Positions 1-9,909 of a stretch of DNA of 64,000 nt are shown here, in pieces (position 1 is the first letter of the stretch; the number at the start of each line of letters is the position of its first letter). The DNA lies in the NCBI GenBank assembly GCA_050293845.1, contig JBNKNM010000001.1, forward strand, positions 32,001-96,000, given 5' to 3'. A program made the translations under genes and the position numbers. The notes under the pieces are model-generated. The model ran no database searches. It was not told the origin of the DNA and saw only the letters and a list, made by a program, of their open reading frames with translations. The DNA comes from Pseudobacteriovorax sp. (GTDB lineage Bacteria > Bdellovibrionota_B > Oligoflexia > Oligoflexales > Oligoflexaceae).

Positions 1-114
1 GAAGTTTGGCACCAACCTGGCGACGACTTTGACAGGGTATCTATGGATAGTATAAAACGAGCCTCCCAATTAGCTATTGCTCTGGCGATTCAGATTGAAC
101 AAGGCAACCTTTAG
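1..114 (+). CDS. 3' end of a gene running into the window, probably an M28-family peptidase (partial)
   Basis: Frame 1 reads EVWHQPGDDFDRVSMDSIKRASQLAIALAIQIEQGNL*. WHQPGDDFD resembles the M28 C-terminal YH-x-x-x-D-T motif. Confidence 0.5.
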   Translation, partial: EVWHQPGDDFDRVSMDSIKRASQLAIALAIQIEQGNL

Positions 115-265
115 ACTAGATTCGCATTTTCATCCGACTCGCCCTGGTAGCAAAAAGTATCCTCACTAGCCAGAAGAGTAGCTCCAAAAGCAATGACTAT
201 GGTCTTTTCAATAAAATAGTTATAAAAGGTCGTTGCCCATATTGCACCACAATAAGGAGTCTCCG

Positions 266-955
266 ATGCAGGATTTTAATCAATTCATTTTAGACAATCA
301 AATCATTGGATTTTTTGACGAGCCCGTACAGCTCAAAAGTGGCAGAAAAAGTAATTATTATGTTAATTGGCGTAAGGCAACAAATGATGCATTTTTACTC
401 CATCAGCTAACTGATCACATTGTTTCATTCTTGCAGTCACAAGAACTTAGCTTTGATTCCCTCATTGGAGTTCCAGAAGGTGCTAGTAAAACCGCTGTGG
501 TCACAGCTCTGAAGTGGGCGCAGAAAAATCCCCAGTTTGGACCTGGGAGTCATATTATCCCTATGGGACGTGCAAAGCCAAAATCCCATGGTGCACCGGA
601 AGATCGCTACTTCATCGGTGCTCCCCAAGGTAGAGTACTGGTTTTAGAAGACACCATTACAACGGGGATTTCATTGTATAGTTTTATCGACAAGCTACTG
701 GAAAACGGCTTCAATGTTGTAGGAGCCATATGTCTTACAGACCGTATGGAAAAGAGAGATGACCAACTCTCAGTAGCTACATTTATCAGTCAGCGTTATC
801 AAGGTCATATCAAATATTTAAGAATGAGCACGGCAACAGAGCTTCTACCAGCAGCATTCCAGCAAAATCCGGTCAGTGAGGACACAAGGCAGGCCCTCCT
901 AGAGGAATTTCAAAACTACGGGGTGACCACTTTGAATTTAGGAGATAACTCGTGA
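266..955 (+). CDS. pyrE: Orotate phosphoribosyltransferase
   Basis: LKSGRKSNYY motif and PRPP-binding VLVLEDTITTGIS. AAGGAG RBS before ATG 266. Overlaps pyrF. Confidence 0.88.
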   Translation: MQDFNQFILDNQIIGFFDEPVQLKSGRKSNYYVNWRKATNDAFLLHQLTDHIVSFLQSQELSFDSLIGVPEGASKTAVVTALKWAQKNPQFGPGSHIIPMGRAKPKSHGAPEDRYFIGAPQGRVLVLEDTITTGISLYSFIDKLLENGFNVVGAICLTDRMEKRDDQLSVATFISQRYQGHIKYLRMSTATELLPAAFQQNPVSEDTRQALLEEFQNYGVTTLNLGDNS

Positions 956-1734
956 ACTTTATAAATAAGTGGCAGAGCTGTGTCACAGCAAAAAACTCCC
1001 TATTATGTGTCAATATTGATCCTGGTGAATGGGGTCAACGCGACCACTTGACCCTAGATCAAGGAGAGTCAAAAGTATCTTGGGCAAAATCCATTATTGC
1101 AAAGACTGCTCCCTATGCGGCAGCCATTAAACCCAATAGGCAGTATTTTAAGGATATTAGCCGAGAAGAACTAGCCTCCATCAACAGTTACGCTCACTCA
1201 CTGGGCCTCATAAGCATAGATGATAGTAAAATAGCCGATATTGGGGCCACGAATGATGCCGCCTTATATCATGCGGTACAAGAAGGATTCGATGCTATTA
1301 CCTACTGCCCGTTTCCTGGCAATATTGCAGAAACATGTGAAATGGCCAAACAGCGTAATATTGGCCTAATTCCCCTGGCTCTGATGTCTAATCCCGAGTT
1401 TAAGCTTATGAAAAGCTTGACTATAGATAAGCTACCAGCTTACCAATACTACGCTAAAGAGTCATATATCCATGGGGCAGCGGGAGTGGTCGTGGGAGCT
1501 CCCAGCCCTAAAAATCATATACTGCAAGAAGAAGTTGATGCTATCAAAGCAATCATCGGCCCGCTTACAGTACTGGTTCCTGGTATAGGCGCCCAAGGCG
1601 GATACTTAGCCCCCATCGTAGCTACTTTTGGCGATCAGGCTATTGTCTCAGTAGGACGTGATATAGCGTATCACCAAGATCCTGCCTCCCAAGCTCGCAA
1701 GTACCAAGAATTGATCAATAGTTATCGTCATTAA
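952..1734 (+). CDS. pyrF: Orotidine-5'-phosphate decarboxylase
   Basis: DSKIADIGAT catalytic motif, LVPGIGAQGG, VGRDI. GTGA overlap with pyrE. Confidence 0.93.
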   Translation: MNFINKWQSCVTAKNSLLCVNIDPGEWGQRDHLTLDQGESKVSWAKSIIAKTAPYAAAIKPNRQYFKDISREELASINSYAHSLGLISIDDSKIADIGATNDAALYHAVQEGFDAITYCPFPGNIAETCEMAKQRNIGLIPLALMSNPEFKLMKSLTIDKLPAYQYYAKESYIHGAAGVVVGAPSPKNHILQEEVDAIKAIIGPLTVLVPGIGAQGGYLAPIVATFGDQAIVSVGRDIAYHQDPASQARKYQELINSYRH

Positions 1735-1742
1735 GCCGATAT
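1715..1742 (+). promoter_or_regulatory. Possible sigma28 (FliA)-like promoter upstream of phhA
   Basis: TCAA-N16-GCCGATAT versus consensus TAAA-N15-GCCGATAA. Spacer is 1 nt long. Confidence 0.25.
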
Positions 1743-1834
1743 ATACATTGGAGGCAGTCCACTAGTAGCACTGGATTGATTCCTACATTTTCGTTATGAT
1801 CTTGGCTAAGCTTTTGTTCAAGGGGAAAAAGGTT

Positions 1835-3589
1835 ATGACTAGAACACAGGATACACTACCATCTTACTTGAGTAAGTACTGTATTGAACATGATGTGAGC
1901 AAATATACAAGCCGCGATCATGCGGCCTGGCGATATATTATGCGGCGTGCCATCCCATTTTTCAGGGAGCATGCCGTCAATGGTTATGAAAAGGGTCTAG
2001 CTGAAACGGGAATATCCACTAATCGTATTCCCCATATCGACGATATGGATAAGGCTCTGCAAAAAATTGGCTGGGGAGCTGTACCGGTGTGTGGATTCAT
2101 CCCTCCCTGGGCCTTCTTAGAGTTTCAAGCCAGAAAAATTCTTCCTATAGCCACAGACATGAGAAGCGTCAATCATATTGCCTATACACCAGCTCCCGAT
2201 ATCGTTCATGAAGCAGCCGGCCATGCACCCATACTTCCCGATGTGGATTATAACAACTATCTTTCTTACTATGCCAAATTAGGCACAAAGGCTGTGTATT
2301 CGAAACAAGACCTTCAGCTCTACGAAGCTGTACGCTACCTCTCGGATATTAAAGAAAAACCAGAAAGCACTATCGAAGCCGTTAGCGATGCCGAGCGGCG
2401 ACTCTCAGCGGCCATTAGAAGTTTTTCCTATGCTTCTGAAGCCACAAAAGTGGGAAGAATGAGTTGGTGGACCGCCGAATATGGTCTCGTAGGCAGCCTT
2501 GAAAAGCCCAAAATTTTTGGCGCTGGTTTATTATCCTCTGTCGGTGAAAGCCTCAATGCCATGACGCCAGGTGTTAAAAAGATACCCTTGAGCATAGATT
2601 GCACCAATTTCTCTTTTAATATTACGGAACCTCAACCCCAATTATTTGTCGCTGAAGATATGAAGCACCTTCATAGTGTTCTCCATGAACTTGACGACAC
2701 CCTAGCCTATCGCAAAAGTGGCTTGCAAAGCCTTACCATTGGACTTGCTGCAGAAGCTGTCACAACAACCACTTTGGATTCGGGAATACAAATTTCAGGA
2801 AAAATTGCTAATTTTGAGAGCAGCCATGGCCAATGCACATTTCTAAAGTACGAAGGCCCTGTTCAGCTTTGTTATGAAGGACGAGAATTAACGAACCAAG
2901 GCATCTCTCGCCATACTCAGGGTTATAGCACACCGCTGGGCCGCCTTGTTCAATTTCCCGACATAGCCTTTCATCAACTTGATGCAAGGCAGCTTTCAGA
3001 GGCTGGTATTGAGATAAACCATAAAGTTACACTAAGTTTTTCATCTGGATTTACACTGAAGGGCCAGGTCACACAAATTCTGCGCCAACAAGGGAAGCTG
3101 TTACTGCTGAGTTTTGCAGATTGCACTGTAATCAAAGGAGAAAAAATTTATTTTGAACCTGCATGGGGAGAGTTCGACCTCGCGTTGGGAGAAAGTGTAC
3201 TCTCGGTATGCGGCGGTCCCTGCCAAAGGGAAACTTATGGTGAACATGAGATCATTGAAACGGAGACGACTCCGGGGCGATCTACTCCCTATACCGAAGG
3301 AGAGCTTCAACTTTTCGACCAGTATCAGCTTATCAGGGAGCTTCGCCAAGTAGACAATCACAGTGTAGCGCAACAAAAACTTGAACAAGCCGCAACAGTA
3401 GCCCTACAACACACCCCCCACGAATGGCTATTACTGTTAGAAATGTATGAGTTAGCCAAAAATAAGTTAGCACTGCATCCCGAAAACTATAAATTTGTTA
3501 AGGACCTTGAGTCCCACCTCCATAATGTGGAAAATAGTAAGGATGAAAATGCTGAACATTTAAGCCATGGTCTAAGTCTCATTCACTAG
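1835..3589 (+). CDS. phhA: Phenylalanine 4-monooxygenase (aromatic amino acid hydroxylase), long form
   Basis: YTPAPDIVHEAAGHAP, WWTAEYGL and GAGLLSS iron/pterin motifs, plus ~300 aa C-terminal extension. Start may be 1796 or 1835. Confidence 0.9.
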   Translation: MTRTQDTLPSYLSKYCIEHDVSKYTSRDHAAWRYIMRRAIPFFREHAVNGYEKGLAETGISTNRIPHIDDMDKALQKIGWGAVPVCGFIPPWAFLEFQARKILPIATDMRSVNHIAYTPAPDIVHEAAGHAPILPDVDYNNYLSYYAKLGTKAVYSKQDLQLYEAVRYLSDIKEKPESTIEAVSDAERRLSAAIRSFSYASEATKVGRMSWWTAEYGLVGSLEKPKIFGAGLLSSVGESLNAMTPGVKKIPLSIDCTNFSFNITEPQPQLFVAEDMKHLHSVLHELDDTLAYRKSGLQSLTIGLAAEAVTTTTLDSGIQISGKIANFESSHGQCTFLKYEGPVQLCYEGRELTNQGISRHTQGYSTPLGRLVQFPDIAFHQLDARQLSEAGIEINHKVTLSFSSGFTLKGQVTQILRQQGKLLLLSFADCTVIKGEKIYFEPAWGEFDLALGESVLSVCGGPCQRETYGEHEIIETETTPGRSTPYTEGELQLFDQYQLIRELRQVDNHSVAQQKLEQAATVALQHTPHEWLLLLEMYELAKNKLALHPENYKFVKDLESHLHNVENSKDENAEHLSHGLSLIH

Positions 3590-3605
3590 CTAAGGAAAGG
3601 GCGGT

Positions 3606-4439
3606 ATGAAGAGATTAAGTATATTTCTAGTTCTTATCACTTTCATTCCAGCCTGTACTTTCCGTTCGTTAGCATTAAGGAACATTGACTGGCTGGTGGA
3701 GCGACGCCTTAATGATATATTTGACTTAAACGATGCGCAAGAAGCACAGCTTGAACCTACAATCAAAGATTTTATGGGCTTTTTAAAGGGCCCTTTAGGT
3801 CAACAAGCCATGGGAACCATTGATAGCATTATTCAACACTCTCAGAATGGCTTATCCGAAGATGAAATCAGTACTGCCTTTGATAAGATCTTAAAAATGC
3901 GCCGGGCTATCATGGAGCGCTACGCCTCTGAGTTGGCCACCCTTTTTAAAAGCCTTTCCGATCAGCAACTCCAACATTATAAAAAACAACAAGCCGCAGA
4001 TGACGAAGATCTCATCGCCGTATTGACCAGTAAGAACTTCAATGATGCTGCCAAAGAAGCCTTAGAAAGCCGTATTGACTTACTAAGTGCCTGGTACGGA
4101 GATCTCAATCATCAACAAAAGGAGCTGCTCTATAGCAGCTCTTCTACGAAACAAGAGCATTTCCGTGAACGCTTAAACTATCGGCAAAAGAGTCGTGAAT
4201 TTTTTATGACCATGGTTAAAAAACCACAGAGTGAAATTCACTCCTTTCTCAACCAATGGGCAGTAAACCCCAGCCTTAGGGCGCAGCAGCTGGGGTTTGA
4301 TTCCATGGCCCAATGGCGGGAGAGACTCATTCCCTTTTTGGTTAAATTTCATGCCTCCCTTACACCTAAGCAATGGCAAACCTTTCGTGAGGAACTAGGA
4401 AGCTTAAGGCGAGATATTGCTAGCTTTGTAAAATCTTAG
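3606..4439 (+). CDS. Helical lipoprotein, DUF6279-like
   Basis: Lipobox-like FIPAC. Repeated D-L-x-x-x-Q / LTPKQ helical motifs. Confidence 0.6.
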   Translation: MKRLSIFLVLITFIPACTFRSLALRNIDWLVERRLNDIFDLNDAQEAQLEPTIKDFMGFLKGPLGQQAMGTIDSIIQHSQNGLSEDEISTAFDKILKMRRAIMERYASELATLFKSLSDQQLQHYKKQQAADDEDLIAVLTSKNFNDAAKEALESRIDLLSAWYGDLNHQQKELLYSSSSTKQEHFRERLNYRQKSREFFMTMVKKPQSEIHSFLNQWAVNPSLRAQQLGFDSMAQWRERLIPFLVKFHASLTPKQWQTFREELGSLRRDIASFVKS

Positions 4440-5509
4440 TTTCTATTTCTCAAGCTTTCACTGATCATCCCCGAGCCTAAGCATTGATCGCCCTGGTAAA
4501 ATACCGCATACTGTCCCGGAGCTATCCCCGCATCCGGTTCAGCTAACCGCACTTGACTTTGATCTCCTGCATATTCCAGCTGACAAGCGGTTACCCTTTC
4601 CCCATGTCTAATTTTTACGGAGAGACCTTCCCAGTTGTCTGGCAGTCCTGACAACCAATGTAAAGATGTTACAGAAAAAGACTTTTGGGGCATAGCTGGA
4701 GAAAGCTTTTCCTTGGAAACGTATACAATATTTTTGTGGCAATCTTTGCCCACAACAAACCAAGGTCCACCGCTCAGCCCCAGGCCTTTACGCTGCCCTA
4801 TAGTATGATACCAAAATCCCAAATGTTTCCCGATAACCTGCTGGCTTTCCATCTCAATAATATCCCCTGGTTGATCACCAAGGTGCATCCTCACAAACTC
4901 GTTATATTTAATTTTCCCGAGAAAGCAGATGCCCTGGGAATCTTTTCTCGCTTTATTGGCCAGATTAAATTCTTCAGCTATTTGACGTACATTGGCTTTT
5001 GGCAGGTGACCAATTGGGAAAATAATTCTCTGCAGTTGCTGTTGCGAAAGCCTGGAAAGAAAATAGGTTTGATCTTTGATAGGGTCCAGGCCTTTCTTTA
5101 AGCGAGCCACTCCTTCTTTATCTCGATCGATCCGAGCATAATGCCCCGATGCAATAAGATAGGAGTCATCAATATAGTCGCAGAAAGCGCCAAATTTGAC
5201 TCTCTGATTACAAAGAATGTCTGGACTTGGCGTCCGGCCAGCACGCAATTCAGAGACAGTGTGGCTCACCACTTTATCCCAGTAGGGTGTTTGCAAGGAT
5301 ACAATTTCTAGGGGCACACCCGCTTGCTCACAAACAGCACGAGCATAGCGAAGATCCTCTTCCCAAGGGCATTGGCCTAAAAATTGAAACTCCTCTTCAA
5401 GCCATATTTTGAGATAAAAAGCAGTAATATCATACTTCTTTTCGTTCTTCAGAAGGTTCAGTGCAACGCTGCTATCAACCCCACCAGACACTAAAACCGC
5501 AACTTTCAT
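4436..5509 (-). CDS. mnmA: tRNA-specific 2-thiouridylase
   Basis: SGGVDS PP-loop, PDILCN, KDQTYFL, DSQGICF, HTIGQRKGL, PGQ. Confidence 0.97.
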   Translation of the reverse strand: MKVAVLVSGGVDSSVALNLLKNEKKYDITAFYLKIWLEEEFQFLGQCPWEEDLRYARAVCEQAGVPLEIVSLQTPYWDKVVSHTVSELRAGRTPSPDILCNQRVKFGAFCDYIDDSYLIASGHYARIDRDKEGVARLKKGLDPIKDQTYFLSRLSQQQLQRIIFPIGHLPKANVRQIAEEFNLANKARKDSQGICFLGKIKYNEFVRMHLGDQPGDIIEMESQQVIGKHLGFWYHTIGQRKGLGLSGGPWFVVGKDCHKNIVYVSKEKLSPAMPQKSFSVTSLHWLSGLPDNWEGLSVKIRHGERVTACQLEYAGDQSQVRLAEPDAGIAPGQYAVFYQGDQCLGSGMISESLRNRN

Positions 5510-5636
5510 AGCTCACTCCTTTAACAGATGGTCTGTTTAGCATGGTAGAAAAAGAACTTCAACAATTTGGGTGAGCGATCCTAAAGCTTGCCCTTTTGAC
5601 TATATCTTGCTAGCACTAGATGTTTTTGGATGAGGA

Positions 5637-6314
5637 GTGTACGTGCTAATAAAAGCTGTTATTTTTGATTTCGATGGTGTCATTGCGGAAACCGAGTACC
5701 TCCATCGCCAAGCTTGGGTTATTCTGAGTCGTAAATTTAATCTTCCCTTGCCAAATGATTTCCTCGATAAGGGTATTGGCAGTACAAACGATAAGTTAGC
5801 TGCGGAACTGCTTGCATTTTGGCAACATCAGATCCCTCAAAATATCATACTTGACATGAAGTGTACCGCTTTTTGTCAGCTTGTCGCAGCTGCTGCTCAG
5901 GTTCTGGTACCAGGAGTTTTAGCAGCACTCCATAAGTTCGAATCACTAGGAATCCCGATGGCTATCGCAACGAGTTCCCCCCACAAGGAAATCGACGCCA
6001 TTCTCAAGCGGTTTACTATGGAACATCTATTTCAAAGTATTCTTACTCTCGATGACGTCACTTCACCGAAGCCAGCACCCGAGGTCTATTTGAGATCGGC
6101 GAAAGCCTTAGGGCAGCCCCCCCATCATTGTCTTGTTTTTGAGGACTCGATCCTGGGAGCTACTGCAGCGCGGGCCGCAGGTACTAATGTTGTTGCTGTC
6201 ACAACATCTTTTCCCCGCCAAGCATTAGAGCCTGTTCTTGATGCTATCGCCGATTTTCATGAAATAGACAGGGTACTTAGTCACTGTGAGTTTGGAAAAA
6301 ATTATGAATCCTGA
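5637..6314 (+). CDS. HAD-family phosphatase (beta-PGM/CbbY-like)
   Basis: FDFDGV motif I, TSS, KPAPEVY, VFEDS. Confidence 0.9.
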   Translation: MYVLIKAVIFDFDGVIAETEYLHRQAWVILSRKFNLPLPNDFLDKGIGSTNDKLAAELLAFWQHQIPQNIILDMKCTAFCQLVAAAAQVLVPGVLAALHKFESLGIPMAIATSSPHKEIDAILKRFTMEHLFQSILTLDDVTSPKPAPEVYLRSAKALGQPPHHCLVFEDSILGATAARAAGTNVVAVTTSFPRQALEPVLDAIADFHEIDRVLSHCEFGKNYES

Positions 6315-7596
6315 ATGCCATACCCCTTTAGCCGAGTCCCTGAGGCCTCAGAATTTGAATGAAATATTTGGCCAGGAAAATATTTGGGGTCCAGGAAAAC
6401 CACTTCAGCAACTCGTGGCATCCGGACGATTTACGTCTATACTGCTATGGGGACCACCGGGAAGTGGTAAAACCAGCCTCGCCCATGTGATTGGCTCTCA
6501 CTCCAAAAACGAAGTCGTATCCTTGTCCGCTGTTGAGGATGGTGTCAAAAAAATTCGCGAGCAGATCAATCGCTCGGCAATCCGTAAAAACCATGGAGAA
6601 AGTCCCCTTTTACTTTTTATGGATGAAATTCACAGGTTAAACAAAGGCCAGCAAGATGTCTTGTTACCCGCCTTAGAAAAGGGCTTGGTTAAGTTTATTG
6701 GTGCTACCACAGAAAACCCTTCCTTTTCAGTAAACAACGCGATTTTATCGCGGTGCCTGGTATTTCAACTAAAACCACTGGCAACAGACGCCGTTACCCA
6801 GGTTCTAAAGCGCGCTTTAGAAGCGCCCCATTCCCCCCATCATGGCCGCACTCTTGATGCCGCCATTCTTGAAAAGTTAGCCCGAGCCAGCGCAGGGGAT
6901 GCTCGCCAGGCTTTGAATTTACTGGATGCTGTGCTGCTGACTATACCAGAAAGTCAAAAAATCTCTTCTGAGTCAGTGGCCCCTTTATTAAAAGAAGTTA
7001 TGGCTCAATATGATCGTAACGGGGATCACCACTATGACATTATTTCAGCATTCATTAAATCCATTAGAGCTTCTCAGGCTGATGCCGCAGTCTATTATCT
7101 GGCAAGGATGATTGAGGGGGGGGAAGATCCCATGTTTATCGCCAGAAGACTCGTCATAGCAGCTAGCGAAGATATTGGTAATGCCAACCCGAATGCATTG
7201 ATTCTAGCCAATAGTGCAATGCAATCAATACACCATATTGGCATGCCTGAAGCACGCATTATTCTTTCACAGACAACCTGCTATCTAGCAGGATGCCCCA
7301 AAAGTAACCGATCCTACTTAGCGATTGATACTGCTCTCGAAGACGTCCGCGATCAAGGTCCCCTGCCCATTCCTCTCCATCTGCGCAACGCTCCGAGTCG
7401 CTTAATGAAAGAGTTAGGCTATGGAGCCGGCTATGCTTACCCCCATGATGAACCAAACAAGGCCGCAGCTATGGACTATCTGCCAGAAAATATAGCCCAT
7501 AAAAGCTACTACATACCTTCTGACAGTGGTTCCGAAAAACAGCTGGGGGCTAACTTGAAAAAGTTAAATTCTAAAAATACTTGGGAGAAGCCATAA
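6304..7596 (+). CDS. rarA: Replication-associated recombination protein A (MgsA/RarA AAA+ ATPase)
   Basis: PLAESLRP, GPPGSGKT, DEIHRLNK, ATTENP, SAFIKSIR, SEDIG, HLRNAP. Confidence 0.95.
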   Translation: MNPECHTPLAESLRPQNLNEIFGQENIWGPGKPLQQLVASGRFTSILLWGPPGSGKTSLAHVIGSHSKNEVVSLSAVEDGVKKIREQINRSAIRKNHGESPLLLFMDEIHRLNKGQQDVLLPALEKGLVKFIGATTENPSFSVNNAILSRCLVFQLKPLATDAVTQVLKRALEAPHSPHHGRTLDAAILEKLARASAGDARQALNLLDAVLLTIPESQKISSESVAPLLKEVMAQYDRNGDHHYDIISAFIKSIRASQADAAVYYLARMIEGGEDPMFIARRLVIAASEDIGNANPNALILANSAMQSIHHIGMPEARIILSQTTCYLAGCPKSNRSYLAIDTALEDVRDQGPLPIPLHLRNAPSRLMKELGYGAGYAYPHDEPNKAAAMDYLPENIAHKSYYIPSDSGSEKQLGANLKKLNSKNTWEKP

Positions 7597-7635
7597 AAGC
7601 TGTTAAATAGGCCCCATCATAAAGAAGATTCGTGT

Positions 7636-7743
7636 GGGGGTGTGTTGCTAATATCCTAAATTCTACTGATAAGACCTGACATTAGCCCAGGGATGAGTCG
7701 CGAGCAGCTTTTATCAGTAGAATTTTATTGACAACAATCCCCT
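7636..7743 (+). other. Long rod-like inverted-repeat element in the purH leader (candidate structured RNA)
   Basis: Perfect 15-bp IR AAATTCTACTGATAA (7658-7672) / TTATCAGTAGAATTT (7711-7725). Extended outward by TAATA/TATTG, TGTTG/CAACA and GGGG/CCCC. Confidence 0.6.
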
Positions 7744-7759
7744 GAACATTGGAGGCCCC

Positions 7760-9322
7760 ATGAAAGATAGCTCACCCATAGCCCTCATTTCGGTTACCGA
7801 CAAAACCGATGTTGTACCTTTTTCTCAGAAACTCAGCCAATTGGGTTTCACCATACTTTCTACCGGTGGTACAGCCCAAATTTTGCGGGAAGCTGGCATC
7901 GATGTTTTCGACGCTGCAAAATACGCTGATAGTCCCGAAATTATGGATGGTAGGGTCAAAACTTTACACCCCAAAATCCATGGTGGTATCCTAATGGATC
8001 GCTCCAACCCCCAACACCGGGAAGAGGCCAAAAGCCACAACATCATGCCTATCGACCTCGTTGTCGTAAACCTTTATCAATTCAAGACGCAAGCTGTTGA
8101 ACAGAAATTGACACTCAAAGATGCTATTAAGTTTATTGATATTGGTGGCCCCACAATGTTAAGAGCTGCTGCCAAAAACTATCTACATGTAGCGCCCGTT
8201 ATTGACCCCAAAGATTATGACAAGATTATTCAAGAATTGACCAAAGGCGAGCTGAGCTTAAAAACTAGACAGTATCTTGCCGGCAAGGCATTCAGTCAAA
8301 TATCTGACTATGACCGCATGATTGCCAACTATTACCTCGAAGAAGGGCTAGACCAGACATCTGAGCAAGCAGAGCTTAAGCTATCTCTCCAGTCACCCCT
8401 CCGCTATGGTGAGAACCCTCACCAAAAAGCTAATTTTTATACCTATTCTGGTGCTCCTTCTGGACTTCAAGAAGCCCATGTACTCCAAGGGAAAGAGCTA
8501 TCTTACAATAATATCATTGATGTTGATGCCGCAGCTCATATAGTAGCTGACTTAGCGGATTATACGGCAGTAGCTATTATCAAGCACACCAATCCTTGCG
8601 GGGCTTCAGCGTCAAAGACCTTATCTGTTAGAGATGTCTTTAACAAAGCATTGGCAGCTGATTCAAAATCGGCTTTTGGCGGTATTGTGGCTTGCAATCG
8701 CCCCGTAGATGGTGAAACTGCTGCAGTCATGTCTGGGATCTTTCTCGAGTGTGTGGTAGCTCCCAGCTTTACCGTAGAAGCTCAGGAAATCTTTTCGAAA
8801 AAGAAAAATTTACGCTTACTAGAACTCCCCTTTTTAAAACACGGAAACACTACAGGCCAACATCAGATCAAATCTGTACGCGGAGGTATTCTCATACAAG
8901 ATGCTGATGAGAAACTTCCCAGTGATACCACCAGCTGGAAGCCCGTGACACAAACAGGCTCTGACGCCTACACTGATGACTTGGTTTTTGCTATGACTAT
9001 CGCGAAGCATGTTAAGTCAAATGCAATAGTATTTGCTAAAGATCTTAGCACCCTAGCCGTTGGAGCCGGCCAAATGAGTCGTGTGGATGCTGCTCAATTC
9101 GCAGCCCTCAAAGCTAAAGAGTTCGGCCAGAACTTAGAAGGAGCCGTAATGGCTAGTGATGCTTTCTTCCCTTTCCGCGATACAGTGGACTTTGCCGCCA
9201 AACTCGGTATCAAAGCCATTATTCAACCAGGTGGATCTGTACGGGACCAGGAGTCAATTGACGCATGCAATGAAAACAATATCGCTATGATTTTTACTGG
9301 AATCCGTCACTTCAAACACTAA
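7760..9322 (+). CDS. purH: Bifunctional AICAR transformylase / IMP cyclohydrolase
   Basis: ALISVTDK, GRVKTLHP, IDIGGPTM, LRYGENPHQ, KHTNPCG, SDAFFPF, RHFKH. GGAGG RBS. Confidence 0.98.
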   Translation: MKDSSPIALISVTDKTDVVPFSQKLSQLGFTILSTGGTAQILREAGIDVFDAAKYADSPEIMDGRVKTLHPKIHGGILMDRSNPQHREEAKSHNIMPIDLVVVNLYQFKTQAVEQKLTLKDAIKFIDIGGPTMLRAAAKNYLHVAPVIDPKDYDKIIQELTKGELSLKTRQYLAGKAFSQISDYDRMIANYYLEEGLDQTSEQAELKLSLQSPLRYGENPHQKANFYTYSGAPSGLQEAHVLQGKELSYNNIIDVDAAAHIVADLADYTAVAIIKHTNPCGASASKTLSVRDVFNKALAADSKSAFGGIVACNRPVDGETAAVMSGIFLECVVAPSFTVEAQEIFSKKKNLRLLELPFLKHGNTTGQHQIKSVRGGILIQDADEKLPSDTTSWKPVTQTGSDAYTDDLVFAMTIAKHVKSNAIVFAKDLSTLAVGAGQMSRVDAAQFAALKAKEFGQNLEGAVMASDAFFPFRDTVDFAAKLGIKAIIQPGGSVRDQESIDACNENNIAMIFTGIRHFKH

Positions 9323-9521
9323 ATTTCCTGTAAGGTATAGCCTATAGGAGCTGAGTATTTGTAGATGAAATGCTTTTAAAGCATATGTTGTTCAGAAATA
9401 GGGGTTCCCAAGCCCCTGTTCTCGACTATAATGATAACTAAGTGACTAAAAATAGTGAGTATAAAAACAAATTCTTGAAAAACCTTTGGGAACTCCGATG
9501 GCTTTTATAGGAGGTTGGCTT

Positions 9522-9881
9522 ATGTGGTCTAAGGTTTACAAGAAAAGCCTCATGGCACGTGCAGGATTCGTTATATTCCTACTGTCTCCCACCTTCCTGG
9601 TTGCAGATGATGCCGAGTTCTTTTCTGGTCAAGACCCTGAATCAGTGCGGGAAGAATACTTCAATTATGGCATGCCGTGTGCCAAACTTGTTGAGATAAA
9701 CTACTCAGAATTCTTAGCCTTGATCCATCCCAGCCACAGGGAGTTTTTCAACTCGTTTTGCCTTCCTGAAAATGTTTATACCTGTTCCGATTACAATGGC
9801 TTACTGTATCAGCAAGGGGTACTTGAAAACACCAGTGGCCCTATGTGCGAATTCATACCCTCCCCGGATTCTTCCAAGTAA
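9522..9881 (+). CDS. Small exported hypothetical protein (4 Cys)
   Basis: AGGAGG RBS before ATG 9522. Basic N-terminus followed by a hydrophobic stretch. Confidence 0.6.
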   Translation: MWSKVYKKSLMARAGFVIFLLSPTFLVADDAEFFSGQDPESVREEYFNYGMPCAKLVEINYSEFLALIHPSHREFFNSFCLPENVYTCSDYNGLLYQQGVLENTSGPMCEFIPSPDSSK

Positions 9882-9909
9882 CAGCCACGTTAGCACTCTT
9901 ACATCAAAG

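Noticed and set aside
7684..7709. SRP (4.5S) RNA suggested by CAGG...AGCAG at the tip of a long rod
   Set aside because: The spacer is 11 nt (GATGAGTCGCG) and cannot form the 3-bp stem plus GNRA tetraloop of SRP helix 8. The flanking pairs do not give the symmetric loop.
7620..7759. Canonical ZMP/ZTP (pfl) riboswitch upstream of purH
   Set aside because: The GACUGGCG and CGCCUGGGC elements are absent on the sense strand. Partial look-alikes (CGCGACT, CCTGGGC) occur only on the antisense strand and are fused together.
7597..7759. 6S RNA next to rarA
   Set aside because: The rod is ~110 nt with no large central bubble, so it is not supportable without a covariance-model search.
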